In this document: one piece after another, positions 37,966 through 52,160 of the stretch
Layout of the letters: the number at the start of each line of letters is the position of its first letter
Position numbering within the stretch: the stretch's first letter is position 1
Source of the DNA: Ruditapes philippinarum
Lineage: Eukaryota
Assembly (NCBI RefSeq): GCF_026571515.1
Contig: NW_026864113.1
Coordinates: 1 to 64,000, forward strand
DNA length: 64,000 nt
Direction of reading: 5' to 3'
Notes under the pieces: model-generated
The model's database searches: none
What the model saw: the letters and a program-made list of their open reading frames with translations, nothing else
Told to the model about the DNA's origin: nothing
Program-made: the position numbers and the translations under genes

Positions 37966-40900
37966 GTAAATAGTCTCATAAGGATAATTTCTGTATAGTT
38001 TCATAACTTTGGGCCATTCGACTTAGAATAACATGTCATTTATAGCCCTGGTGGCTATCGTTTTTCAAGAAATCGCAACTATTTGAAGGATTGTATATAG
38101 GGGACCGCCCGAGGATCCTTTTTTTTTTAAAATCAGATTAATTATTTTCAGGGCAGACAAAAGATGTATACACACATATATATTCAAGATTATCAACAAC
38201 AGATGATTACAGATAAACTATAATGTTTGAAAAAAATATGCAAAGCAAATTAACAAAATAAGGAAAACTGCTTCAAAGATTGTTCATGGGGTTGTGTATT
38301 AGTAGTGCCATTCAAGGTCAGATAATTAATGTTCGTGTAGCCTCAGGCGAACATATTTATTTCAGTATTTTTTTAGGAAAGATTATTTTCAAAATCTGCC
38401 CCCTTTAAATCAAATTTTCCTTCCCTGATTTGTTTCATCACTATTGGCCAAGTGTTAAAGGAGGAGATGCTGTTTAAGCAAAAATGATATCGATGGACTC
38501 CAGTGAGTTAGATACATTAAAATTTCATTAGTTTTCATTTCCCCTTAACAGTGTCAGATTAGGTAACAACACACACATAAGAATTGTTTGCGCATGATCC
38601 GTAACTGATATATTGACAACATCCTGTATTCAACTTTGCGACAGTTATTCATAAAATTGGAGTGAAAATAAAACAAAAAATAATAAGAATGCCGGCATGA
38701 TAATAATCGTTATGATTTTGTTTTAGTTATGAATGTGTTAAGTAAATTCTTAAAATACTCATGAGGATAAGCAAAGACATTGAGAGAGCATCTGATGTCA
38801 GAAATCATAAAAATCTATTTTCTGGCGTTTATAACTTACAATTCAAAGTTATTAAGCTTTTGCGTATCGGTATAACAATTTTATTGGTTATGTAATATAT
38901 AACGTTTCAGTCATCTTATTTTTAAGTTCATTTTTCTTCTTGCAAGGTATGAAAATGTTGTGTTGAATAATGAAGTATTTTAAACTAAAACGCACTCTTC
39001 TCTTATTTACATTACGTACAAGTGTAATACAAACAACACTAATAAATAGACTAAAGCATGCTGCTATGGCAGAGGATTAACAATAAAAAATATATAAAAA
39101 ATTAACAATGAATGGAAACAGAAAACAGTAATATTAGTCTTTTCTTCACTATCATTCGTTTAAAGAAATAACAAAAACATAAATGCAATACCAGACGTGC
39201 GATTTATTTTGCAGAGAGGAACAAATTCAACAGCAGTTAATGAAGCTAAGCAGCTTTGATATTGCAAAAAATAATATAACCAAATATCCACGAGATCTCA
39301 AGTGAATGTATACGCTTCTTTTCTTAAAAGAGAAAAACACAAAGACTAGTCTGTGTATTACTGTTTTGAAAATTAATTACGCCGGAAAGGAAAGACAAAA
39401 ATATTAAGTATGCGAACCGACTCGCCCAGGAAAACAACAGAGATCAAAAACATTTAAAATAAATGAAATTTCTCTGAAAAACCTGTGCCCGTTTGTCAAA
39501 TGTCAGATCGCTTGAATGTCGGGCCCTCATTCCTTGTGGATATAAAGTTATGAACATTGCTTATTCAATATTCATTATGACAAATCTTGCCATTGAAAAC
39601 CATAAATAGATTTATCTAATTATTATTGTAAACATCTTTAAGTATGAATAATATAAAACAGTTAAATTCAACAACCTTATAGCATCATTTAAGCGCTTAT
39701 AGCCAATACACATATAAAAGAAAAATTATACTCATATTTATTTTTCTTCAAAAAAAAACAACATAATTTTCTAAAATATTATCAAAACCCTACTACCAAT
39801 TTTCAAAAAAGAAAAAAGATGTTTCTTAATGATTATATAATAACAATTGATACATGCATAAAATCTGATTTTAACTTATACAATAACGATTGATGTACAT
39901 GTATGTATAAAGTCTGATTTTTACTTTTACATTTTCAGCTAATGTTTTAAGACAATTAAAAAACATTATGTGCATATGCATATATTTCCACCCTATTATC
40001 TTTACTAGAAAATGTTGCTTGTACTGAATCGTCTGGTAGAATGAATATTTCATACACATAAACCTTTAAATACTACACTATCAAGCACGTAAAACTCGTG
40101 CACAAGTACTGACCAATACTTTACATAATAAACTATACACGTTACGAATAGACAAATATTTCACGCTTTACTAACGAAACGCGTGAAATAGATAAAACCT
40201 TCATAAGATCTGGCTGTACAATTTTGTATATTGTGATTATATGGCCTTAGATATAACTATCAAACTAGGGTAAAACAGACGCTAAAATAATTTCAAAGAT
40301 ATGTGTATGCATTATATAAAACACATATTTAAGATAAAATAAATAGAAGTGTGGGCACGTTATCAGCATGCTTGAATGTTCTCGTGTCATTTATTTGAAC
40401 TAATTACAGGCCAATTAGCGAAAAGATGGCTACGTTTTAAACATTTCATAAAACCTGTAGACTGTTTGACTCCCATTCCAATATGAAATAAAATTAAATA
40501 GCAACCCCCAAGCAAGAAGGCTTTTAGCAAAGTTGTTTGAACATTGTTTACGTTTATTGTACTGTTTCGGTAACTGATGAATTTCTATATTCGCGCATAC
40601 CATATGATTTTGGCATACATTTTACTTAATTCTATGACGGCATGTCAGTACAAAAATAATTGTTTGCTGAAATTTGTTCTTCGGTATTTTGCATTATGAA
40701 AAAGTATACATATTGTATGAGCATTGTTTCAATTATATTTTTTGCAAACATACGCAGATGTAAATTATGTCTTCAACAAATACTGAAATATTATTCTGAA
40801 ATCTGCGAGGAAAAGTGGAATTTAATTCACACAATGATTGTGTTATAAATCACATAGTATCGCTATAAAAGTGTTTCATTTAATGTAAACATTTTTACGT

Positions 40901-42109
40901 TAAGTGATTCTCTCTGTGTGACTTGTTATTATTGATGCTTGTGTAGCCTTTATGTAATTTTTCTTTATGATAAATACAACACTAACTAACTTACTTACAT
41001 AGTATATTACCAACTTACGTTATTAGCACGTGTTTTTCATCTTCAACAACAATTGAATATAAAAAGTTGACATAATAATTTAATCATTGAGAAATATGCC
41101 ATTTCTATAACAATGCCATGTGTTGGATTTTATATTTAACTATTCTTTGAATGATTACAGATAACAGAATTGAAAAATAACAACAAATATATTCCTTACA
41201 TCATGCACAATATAATGTAACATAATATAATATAAAAATAATACTAATTATAATAATAATACAATATAATATTTATAATATGATTTGAAATATAGTTACC
41301 CTTTACAACGACACAGGAGTTTAATGAGCCCATTTGAAAAAAAATAAAACAAACCATAAAACAATGATATTACACTTGTTTAATAACACCATTTTAAGTT
41401 GCTGTAATTTGCATTATATACAAACAACGTACGTTAAAGCACGCTATCATTTGCGTTTTATTATAGGCGCGCCAACGAAACATGAAGTGATTTTTTAAAG
41501 CTCAAAAGCATTTTATTAATGTATTAAAAGTAGATGTCTTTGTGAATAACTTAAAGGCCATATCTTTCTCACACACAACAAGTTAAGCTTATTTAAGTAA
41601 CAATTAACTAAGAAAAATCCTGTTATTAGTCTTATTTTAACAGGATATCAACCTCATTGAACCTATTGAAATGTATGTCTACGACTTATAAGACAATCTT
41701 TTCAATCAAAAATGTAAACGAGAAATATGTTAAGTAATGTCACACAAATAACTAAAATGTTTATACCCTATCTGATGCATTTATGCCTCACTTTGACAAT
41801 GAAATAGAGAAAAACAAAATCCCTGAAGAAAGCCATACACGGAAAAATTGTAAAATGTTGCAGTCTCGGTTTCATTGAGACTGTTCAGGGACAGTACTGG
41901 AAAGTGCAAGTTACCGTCCACGCCCACGACACGTTACTGACAAGTCGTATATCCTTGTTAAATAGTTTAAATGCAATTCGTTCAACAGGTAAAATAAACT
42001 GGATTAAGTATGTGTATTTGTTAAAATATAAATATTTGTTAAAATATTTGTAAGTGGAAATTGTATGAATGATTTTTAATATCTAACAAGAGCGTTTGTC
42101 AAAAAAAAA

Positions 42110-42758
42110 AATTCTGTTTTCACTATTTTATTGTTACAAACGTGTTATTTGTGCCGTGTTTCGGCTGTAAAAATTCTCCTCGTACATTTAATCAGTGATG
42201 TTACATTTTCGATCCTTGAAGATCGTTCAGCACGACATTATTGTTGTGTGTACATGTTAGATGGTATTTTAGTTTCTTGTACTTTGCCTGTTTCAACTTG
42301 GGTGGTTCCAATATTCCTACTTGAATAGTGTAAAATCACCCTTAGAATATGTTGCCTGCTTTTAATTTTTTTTGACGTCTTGTCTGTGATATGCACGCTT
42401 CGTTACCTCAGATCCCTTTTCAAAATTTCATTTTATTTAGTTCTGCCCACAGTGTAGGGCACACGCATTCTTTTAATTGGGGACCATACGCCGCTTTACA
42501 TGGAATCACACTACTGTGCCACATTGAAGGTTCCATGAAGAACGCCATATGAACACATCTGCGGATGTTTCTTAATTCAAAATTTCACTTTTTTGTGTAA
42601 AAATGTTGAATTCTGCTTAAGCCGGTGCCAGGGGGCGTTTACGATAACTTGCACTTTCAATACCGTCCATGAACAGGCTCAATCAAACCGAGCCTGCAAC
42701 ATTTTCAATTTTGACGTGTTGGACTTTCTTTAGAAATTTTGTTTTTCACTATTTTATT
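42110..42758 (+). mobile_element. Family A, longest copy, with a short terminal direct repeat
   Basis: Starts and ends with GTTTT(T)CACTATTTTATT. Flanked by inverted partial copies at ~41,800-41,930 and ~43,075-43,355. Confidence 0.8.
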
Positions 42759-44329
42759 AAACAAAATCTTAATAGAATAGTTGTTATTTTCTTTAAAACA
42801 TACTGCTATCATGATATATACGTGAAATAAAATTACTAATTTATGATCATATTAAATGTTAATACAATATTTGAATATTTAGTGTTAATAAAATTTTTGA
42901 AATAAGATTTAAATCCCAAAGTACATTGTATTGATTTTTTTTATCTCTTAAAGTATTGTCCCACACTTTTTCGGTTTAATTTTCCTTAAGCCAATTGGCA
43001 GTTATTCTTGCAGTCAAGGCAAGTATATCACGTGTCGAAGAAATCTGTACTTTACTAAGTGGCAGTACTTTTTAACATATCCTAAGGGTGATCCAACATT
43101 ATTCAAGTAAAAGTAGTGGAACAACCCAACTACAAAATGCCAAATAGTCAAAAATAAAAATACCAAAAACACAACAATAATGTCGTGCTGAACGATCTTT
43201 AAGGATCAGCAATATAACATCTCTGATTGAAATGGGCGACGTTTTACAGCCTCCACACAGCACAAACAACGCTGATGTTGCAATAAAATAGAAAAAATAA
43301 GACTCCCTAAAGAAAGTCAAACACGTAAAAATTGAAATTGTTGCAGACTCGGTTTCAGCAAAAACAAAAACCAAGAAAGGACACAAATGTGTTACCACAA
43401 GGGCATGACGCAATAGCATGACATACGTATAAGAACAAGAGTAGGACGCCGCCTTAGAACGATCAACAGCATACACACAGCTGGGTTTTTTAATTTATCC
43501 GGAAAAATACATGCGACAATTATGTTAAAGATGCTATACATTTTACAGAATTTCAATTCAGAGCGTGAAAAAGCACAACCTATCCCTTTAAATAATAAAT
43601 CCATTGATTTGAATTTGTAAATCATTTGGCAGGAATGAACGTTTTGAAGTATAACTGACTTCAACAATTGCAGAATGTATTAAAGTAGGAGCACATCTTA
43701 GCAATTTTAGATATTTCATTTATGGCAGGTTCTGAGTGCACTTGTCTTTTTCAATTATGCAAAACATGCAACGCTCATGTTCAAATCAATCAAGTCTGCT
43801 TATGAAATTTTGCAATTAATAAAGTTTACTTGTGATATTTGTTTACCTTTGAAATAAAGTTACTTTCTGTTATTTTTCATTTGCGTTAAAATATTCCAAT
43901 ATCTTTATCTGCATTGTGATATTGCATATTTGCAACAAATGCATAATAACAACATACATGAATAAAGTTTTTACACATATTGATAAAAATATATGATAAT
44001 ATTTAACACTTTAAGTTAATTTCGCATGACATCCCTAAAGTTTCATATAGTAATTCGGAGGGTTTCTTAACCGAAATTTGATAAACTGTACTTATAAGCT
44101 ATCCAACCACCCTTGTCACTGATACATTTTGTACTTGTTTTGCTAGATTGATATTTTATACACATGTCATCAGTTACTTGACAACATTTACCATTAAACT
44201 TAAATATTTCAGAATAAAGTGTAAACCGGTTTTTTCACTAATGCCTATTTCTGTTGTAGGCAGCACAGCATACGAGATAATCATATTTGCGTCATACATT
44301 CAATATTGTTAAACATGTACATGAAACCA

Positions 44330-47300
44330 GACAATAATGAAAATACTTATCTTGAAATTTGGAGGCTTTCTCTGATATCTTAGATTATAATCTAATAATA
44401 AGAAATGTTCAAAATTGATAATCCCAATTACACAGTTTCTAACGATATTAAAAGTAATTTTGTAAACATACGCAAATAACAAGCTGACGAAAATCACTGT
44501 AGTTAAAATAATTGAATAATAATACAGACTAATAATGAATAAGAAATAAAGCTGGCGCACACTCCTAGCAGGAATTCTTTTAGCTATGTAAAAACTGTAA
44601 GTCATCATGATTGGTTATAATTATCATATCTTTTCCGAAAAACTGACATTGACTCTGTTCATACTAAGCACGACACTGGCCCGACTGTCACATGAACAGG
44701 TTATTTATATTTAGGAACAAATAATGCGGAAGCGCAAGCTGGTCTGGATCCACGCTGGTCGCAAACCCATTTTGTTGGTTTTGTCGTTACGTGGTGCAGC
44801 TGGCATTCTTTGACAATAAATCGACGGAGACCGAATCTGCAAAGGTACATGTTTACATTAAGATAATGCTCCTTTTTGTACAGGTTGTTGTTAATATTTC
44901 ACTGTCAAACATTTCCTCCTTGAATGCCTTGATCTTGCATATGTTTGTGGTAGATATTATCGCGTAAATTCTCTTGCATTAGTTTGTGACTTCCAAACTT
45001 TGACTTCCAAAACTTTGATCGGCTACTTAATAAAATAAGCCTGTGACATAAGATTTAACTCATTCTTTCATTACTTAACCTTGTACTAACCCATTTTTGG
45101 TTTAAATAAATGTGTTTAAATGCACTGTTAAACCAAATTAAAAAAAAAACAAACAGTCTAAATCCTTAGATTAAACGCACTCATTTTTTTTTATAATTTA
45201 CAAACCTTTAAAGATTAAGGTATGGCCCCCTTAATGGGCACTTTAAGAAACTATTCAATTAGATTTAAACATATGTCAAGAGTGATCCGAGAAACACATG
45301 AATAATGTTAAAAGATAAAAAAGTCAATGTAGAGTTTAACTCGAACAAACGCGCAAAAAAACCTATTGTTGAGGTAGAGAATGTATCTCAAGAGAAAGAC
45401 ATTGATCTAAATAGTTCTGTACTGCAGATTCAACTATCTTTACCAACATCAGCTTAATAGATAAACTGTCTTGGTGAACGTCCTGTGAACGTTGCCTTTA
45501 CCCTGTTGATATCTATTCTTTCTTTTGTTTGGTCCTTGGCTTTTAACAAGCTTGTGTGCAACTAGAAATGAAATAGTTTGTTTGTACTTTTGACAGTGGA
45601 TTTTTTAACCGTAACTACAAATGTAGGGCAAGAATGGGAGGTTAAGTATGTGTAATGATTACCTCCACAGTTTGCACATTTGACCAAGTTACAGCTTTCA
45701 ATGTTTTTATGATTTATACCACATTTTGTCGACTCCACAGAGTAAAGTCACAAAAATCTTGACTTTTTTCAAAAAGTACTGGTGCCAGGTTATTCATGTC
45801 GAAACTATTTTTTCTTATATTACTCATGACTTTGAAATAAATCTTATAAGGGTTGACTTTATCTCAAGTACTTCTGCATGTGTCACATATTTTACGTTTG
45901 AATGATTTTGGCAGAGATATGACCCTTGAATAAAAAAGGAATTAATAAAGATTGTCCAGACTAACCCTCTGATACATCTGCAGTTTCAACAAAACTTTAC
46001 AGAAATGATCGGTAGCTCAAGTACCTGCTTATATTACAAATGTTTTCCGGTTGAATGAATTTGGCCGAATTATGGTTCTTTTTTGTGTTGTCAGCTATTC
46101 AGAAGCTTGTTTGGACTACACCTCAGAAAGTGCCAGTAGTGCCAGTGCATTTTTATCAAAATTTACAGGAATTATCAATACCAAGTCTTGTTTTCCATGT
46201 CATCGGAATTTTTTTCGGTTCGACGATTTTTGTCAGAGTTATGGCCCCTTATTTTTTGTATTTTTTAAATATGTCTGGAAAACTTCTCTTATATCACTAG
46301 TGCAATTTCAATTCAACTTTACAGTATTTGATCTATAGCTCAAGTACTTGCGTATATTACACGGACTTTCCAATTGAATTATTTTGGTTGAGTTATGGCC
46401 CTTGAAAGAAAGCCTTTTGCCTTAAAAATTACTTTTGATATCTGCTACAAAGAAGCTGCAACATGCAATCGGCTATCTAGGAGGCAACTGTGATCACTGA
46501 TCGCCTATATAGTGTGTCGTACACATTTTGTTGCGTGGGAACCGAACTAAAAGCATTTGCAACATTGTATTAGGTTTGAAACATATTCCTCAGTTGGAAC
46601 GCTGAGGTAGCCAACTCGAAGTGACGACGGGATTGTAAGTGTAGAAAACGTAACTATGTGCAGTTTGTTTGCGTTTATGTGTCGTTTCTAGCTGAAGAAA
46701 TATCCTTGACATTAGAATTCAGTTGTTCTGTCCGGACAACTTCTCGTATACTACTAATGCATTTTAAGCTAATGAACCTTGAATAAAAATACATTTTATA
46801 TTATTAAACATTTTGTGTTTCTGGTAAACAGTAGCTGTATCATGCTTCAAAGAAGCCTTGGCATATATGGAACGAACTTTGCAATCACCTTTCAATACAA
46901 CTGCCGAGGTGGCTATAATCTGGCGTTGCATGTTATCACTTATCGCTCTTGTTCTAATGTTTAAATACTCCTGACAAAAAGATAATTATAATAATTATAT
47001 AAACACCATTTTTATTTGAGGGGACAAAAGGAAATCAAACTAATGACAGGTTAATGGTATTTGCTTTCATTTTAATTTCCATTTAATCGAATGAAGAACA
47101 ATTTAAATTTTGGAAATAATGCCAATATAAAAAGCCTAAATACAATTGGCTGTACGTAGCCCTAGTATGCAATGGAACTAGAAAGGCAGAGCGAACAACA
47201 AAAAGCTATAAACAATGTCGTTTTAACAGTAATGAGGTAAACTCATTTGTTGTTCGTTTATTATCACGACTTTTCTGATATTTCAGTCTCATTGAAACCA

Positions 47301-50070
47301 CGATGATGAAAAGTAAAGGATACGATGGTAAAAAAATGAAAAAAAAAATATAACCCTTCTTACAACCGTGTATAATTTAATAACCTGCAATTAGTCCACA
47401 CAATTAACTTTCTGATTTGATTTAAATCAATTTTTATATAATATGTGTATGTTATTTCCCATGGTGCTACATGATATTTAGATGTTTAATCTCGTTCAGT
47501 TTGAGTTTCAGTTAAAAACTGTTAGACAAAGAATGTAAGAAATAATATAACAAATATTGTTTAACCTAAAATATTGCTATTGTGTACACAAGTCCAGTAC
47601 AGACGTCTACATATGGAACAAGACATGACACATTTTGTTCTAGAACACTTGTTTAAAAAGGTAAATGTTTGCTGGTAATTTTAACAAACCTAATCGAAAA
47701 AATAATTTCACCAGCATAGAACGCGTTAGTGTGGACATTCTGAACTAGATTTTTTAAAATACAGAAAAACAGAATATCTATATAAAAAAGGCACATATGG
47801 GTGGGGGCGATATTGAAAATGTTGCAGGCTCGGTTTAATGGAGAAAATGTTCGTCATTTCTCATATTGACACATTGTTAAAATTATATTTTAAATGATGT
47901 TTAATGTCGTTCACTTTAATTTCAATATAGCAAAGAAATAAACTCTAATACTTATAAAAGTAATCATAACATTACTTATACTAAATTACTACAATACATA
48001 TGTTTGAGTAATCGAGTAATCAAAATATGCCATTACTGAGAACAATGTTTTATAAAAGTTATAATATCATTTTACAGCGAAATGAATCATAGAAAGGAAT
48101 TAGAACGAGCATAATAAATATACCTTTCCGTAGGGATACAGTGTTTTGGGAGGAGTTTGTGTTTTGTTTTGAAGCTTGATTATGAAACATATGTCAAGTT
48201 CGAAATCAGTGTCTGTAAGCTGTATCCGGTACTTTACGGAATTGGCTCTGTGATATTACACCTAAATGCAGAACAGAAGTAGGGTACAATTGGATGTGTT
48301 ACAAAATTATAAATGTTCTTTTACTATCTTTAATAAATTTCACACGCACACGCACGCAAACACACATATGCGCAAGCACGCACTCACATACAGCAATACT
48401 GAAAATCTATAAATTAAAAACAGCAAATGTGCACCCACAATAATAAATATATATAATTTCTGCTTAAACTTATGATTTACATATACATGTATTGTTGTCG
48501 TACTAATTATAGGACCATGGTATTATAACTCTATTCCTAAATATTTTTGGCCGAAAAATGACCACAAAACCTCATCACTATAACACGCCGTTCACAAAAA
48601 TGTAGGAATCTCCCCTTAGCTAAATTCCGGAAAGTACAGCAAGTAACGGAACATTATATTAATTGTAAAGGAACATAACAAATTTTGAAGTTTTCTTACA
48701 TATAGACTTGTTACTTGCAATTAGTATATGTCCAAGAGAAGTGTTACTGTATACTTGTTTTGAAATTGGTGTGAGGCTGGATATAAAAAGTCATATCGTT
48801 TAACTTATATTCTGTCAGTGAACAATATAAACTTTTATACATTCATAACTAAAAAATAAACAAATTTGTAGCAATTCTAAAATACAATGATTGTAACTTT
48901 TTACATCACAATAACTACAACATTATGTATTTCGATAACCTATGTTATAACGTAAGGAAACAGGTTAGTTGAATAAAATGAAAACCAGTTTTCATTTTAT
49001 TTTCATTTTTATTAGTAGCCAGTGTTTTCTTACATGATCACAACGATATAAAAAATCGCTTAATGATATTTTGCGTTAACTATATATAGCCGCAAACAAA
49101 CTAAAAAATCTAAGAAATAAACAGTAAGCTTATAACATTGTATCAAATAAATTTACACTTGACCGAATTACAATCTAATTGATACATATCCTCTCTGCTT
49201 CCCTGATAGAATCTAATTATATTAACTCGAACTTAGTCTTGTAACTCATCAAGTAAGAATGTATCTTAAGTTCTAGAGGGAAAATAACTGGATATTTGAA
49301 AGAGTGCGTTTATGGATGACTTATTACATTATCTTTATCAACAGATTAAGCTTATATTTCATAGATAAAGATGAGAGAAACGGTAACGATGATATATATC
49401 ACTATTTTCGAAACTGGTGAATATGTAACATCAAATATAACGTTTTTGTTAGCAACGATATAATCACATACTCTTTTGTCTTTTAGCATATTATATGAAC
49501 CGGATTTGACGATGTTAAAGGTTATCGTAAGCTGATAATTTGACTTGAAGATACGACTGTAAAAATGCAATACATGTCGAGTTAATGCCGTTGATAATGC
49601 TGTAGATATTATTAAGTAAAACCAGGTCATTAAATATTTTATTTTCTATTTCATTTCTTCCGTGAATTTTGACAAACAAATTATTTAAACAAAAATTGTT
49701 TGGAAACATTTAAATTTAGTCATCGATGTCAAAGACCTTGAACACATAATCGTAGGTATAATCAATTTAAATCCAAATATTCTACTCATGGGAAACGATT
49801 GCAATTACATTTGTTGATACCACCACAAGATGGTGAATTACTTAGTTGAATTTAAGTTTTCTTTATTGATAGCCACGGTTAAATTTATTGTCAATCATCT
49901 GTTTTCTTCCTCTTAGAAACAGATACAAGCGAGTTATTTCGATTAAATGAAGAAGAGAAAAAAACACAGAACAAACACCAACAAGAGTATGCACCGCGTT
50001 ACATAATTGAAAATACATTTTTCTGCATTCTATACACTTCTTAAATATAATGCCTGGGTAATGTTTCAAA
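44330..50070 (-). pseudogene. Decayed multi-exon gene, probable Mab-21/cGAS-like nucleotidyltransferase (cGLR) pseudogene
   Basis: Motifs in order: FNIVKSGSY...CDYIV (~49,520-49,455); a 138-nt AG/GT-bounded exon 48,261-48,124 with FELDICFII; a phase-matched acceptor at 46,970; SYSL/*SVLL (~44,544-44,515); NCVIGIINFEHFLLLDYNL (44,437-44,381). Multiple stops and frameshifts. Confidence 0.5.
45780..46410 (+). repeat. Degenerate ~155-170-bp tandem core repeats (Helentron/HINE-like)
   Basis: (G/A)A(G/A)TTATGGCCC(C)TT-like motif at ~45,915, 46,068, 46,236 and 46,390, with repeated AGCTCAAGTAC(C/T)TGC. Confidence 0.55.
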
Positions 50071-51669
50071 TTTTAGTTTCTTTCAAGAAAAAGTTTGTAA
50101 TTTTCTTTATACAAGACACGCAAGGTTTTACTCACGCGCAAAATGGCTGTGAAGGATAGCCGAAAAAATTCTGCTAGACGAATGTCTTCTAGACTAGACG
50201 ATACGCGCAGTTGTTGAAATAAACAGGGAAGCGTTACGACATAAAAAAGCCATTATGTCAGTGCTAGTAGACTGTGATTGGACGGTACACTACAGTCAAT
50301 GTCGCATTGTGCCAGGAATCAAACACCAAGTATCTTATTAATATTTAGACTGTGTTGCTCGTCATGGTTCATTATAATGCCTTAAACATTAATTTATTAG
50401 TCATTTAGCAATTAAACGATTGATTTACTTAAAATAAGCAAATGACAAACGACAAACATCAAATTTGAACATAAACGTAGTATAGAAGACATTAAAGGCA
50501 TCAGACTAGTAACCAACTCTTACCAAATAAAAACGCACATGTGTGACCTCACTTTACTATACAAAATACTCTCATAAGAAAATACAAAATTTTAAAAGAT
50601 TGATCTTGTTTCCTAGTTATTTAAAGTCAACAAATATATATTGACAAATTCAGATTTTTGTACCGTTCTTACACCGATGCGTGATGTCCAAATGCGAAAC
50701 ATTTCCCCCTTTTAGATGAAGACAGAGTGTTTATGCATGTTTTAATTTTAGCCTGGTTAAACGATATTACATCTCGGTAAATTACAGACAGTTGCACAGG
50801 TCATTAGGTGTATACGAACATAAGGAAACATTGTATTTCTATTTGAAGAAAATGTAAATAAAAATGTTTTGCAACAAAGACAGAAATTTAAATTGGTCAT
50901 GAAGTGTAAAGCTGGTGGTTTTGTGTTTTTTGTTTATGTTTTTATGTAAATGCATATTTTCATTGACTCGAAAAATAAATCGTGTCAATCCGCAGTAAAT
51001 CATGCGCCTTATTAAATATCATATAAAAGAATCGGCTCAATTGATCAATTTTACCAGCTTACGAACGACCTTTTATCTTTTCTTCAAGTCATAAATTAGC
51101 CCACACTTTATGAGACATTTAACCGAAATAGCCATGTTCTGATCCGAAAAAAAAAATCACTTTCTAAATTGCTTTGTTATATAATGATAATCAAACATGA
51201 TAAATGTGATGAGTAAGGACGTCATTGCAAAAGATTTATTGCTAAAAACAATATGTGCCAACACATAATTATCGCTACATATCTGGTGCAATATTATTAT
51301 GTATACTAATTTATGTAAATTGCCAATTTTTAATTTCCTTATACACTTCTTGTGTAAATGTAGAAACCGGAGAAATTCTTATAAAATCCAGATAAGGCAT
51401 AAGTTGACCGTATAGTAGTTATTTAGGTTACCCACCGTGTTATATCGGTAAGAACATTCGTTTCAAGTGTAATATTCATAGGTCACTGTAATAGACGAAC
51501 GGGTATTGAATTACACTAGTGTGATGACAGTATGAATCAAATCCCTAACGGAATGAAAATGTATGTTATACATAAATATGCATATATTTATATAATTGAG
51601 AAATATCAATAATATGGTTGAGCATGCAACACTACATTATTGTTGTGTATGCATGTAATGTGGTATTTG

Positions 51670-52093
51670 AAGGTTTGTTTTCAACTTGGGTGATTCCAAT
51701 ATTCCTACGTGAATACTGTATAATCACCCGTTGGATATGATGTCTGCTTCTTAAATGTGTATTGTGGCGTCTTATCTGTGACATGCAGAACTCATAACCT
51801 CAGATTCCCTTTCAACATTCCATTTTACTTCATTCCACCCATTGTTTTTTCAGTCAAGGTACACATTTTTTTTACTTTTCACCGAATGGCAGTAACGTGT
51901 CACACTGGAAGTTCCTTGTTTAACGCCGTATGAAAACATCTTCAAAACCTGGTGTGTCTTAATTCAAAATATCACCATTTTCATATTGAAATGTAGAATT
52001 CTGCTTAAGCCGATGTCAGGGGGCGCGGACGGTAACCTGTACTTTTCAGTTCCGTCAAAGAACAGGTATAGTCAAACAGAGCCTGCAACATTT
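51670..52093 (+). mobile_element. Family A copy, interrupted; resumes at 62,738-62,790
   Basis: Ends GAGCCTGCAACATTT and continues ATTTTCAATTTTGTCG...AGGGATTCCG after the TIR element, restoring the family consensus. Confidence 0.85.
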
Positions 52094-52160
52094 CGTCGCC
52101 CTATTCTAAAAATGGTGTATCTACAATTTCCTCTTTTTTGGGAAAAAGGGGTTAAAGGTT

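Larger units (their letters stand above)
8350..41500 (+). repeat. Tandem segmental array of about four 6.5-9 kb units
   Basis: CAGCATCATCCTGGCGCGATCAG at ~12,915, 19,406, 27,733 and 36,160. TATACAAACAGCGTAAACGCGCGCCG at ~14,499, 23,902 and 32,252 (diverged copy ~41,417). Duplicated ORF-track entries at 20949/29276 and 24694/33118. Confidence 0.93.

Noticed and set aside
49985-50125. B-box-like CVSC...CIECRKMYFQLCNAVH upstream of the cGLR-like relic
   Set aside because: It needs frame changes, lacks ligands, and follows a plausible GTGAGT donor (~50,135), so it may be intronic chance.
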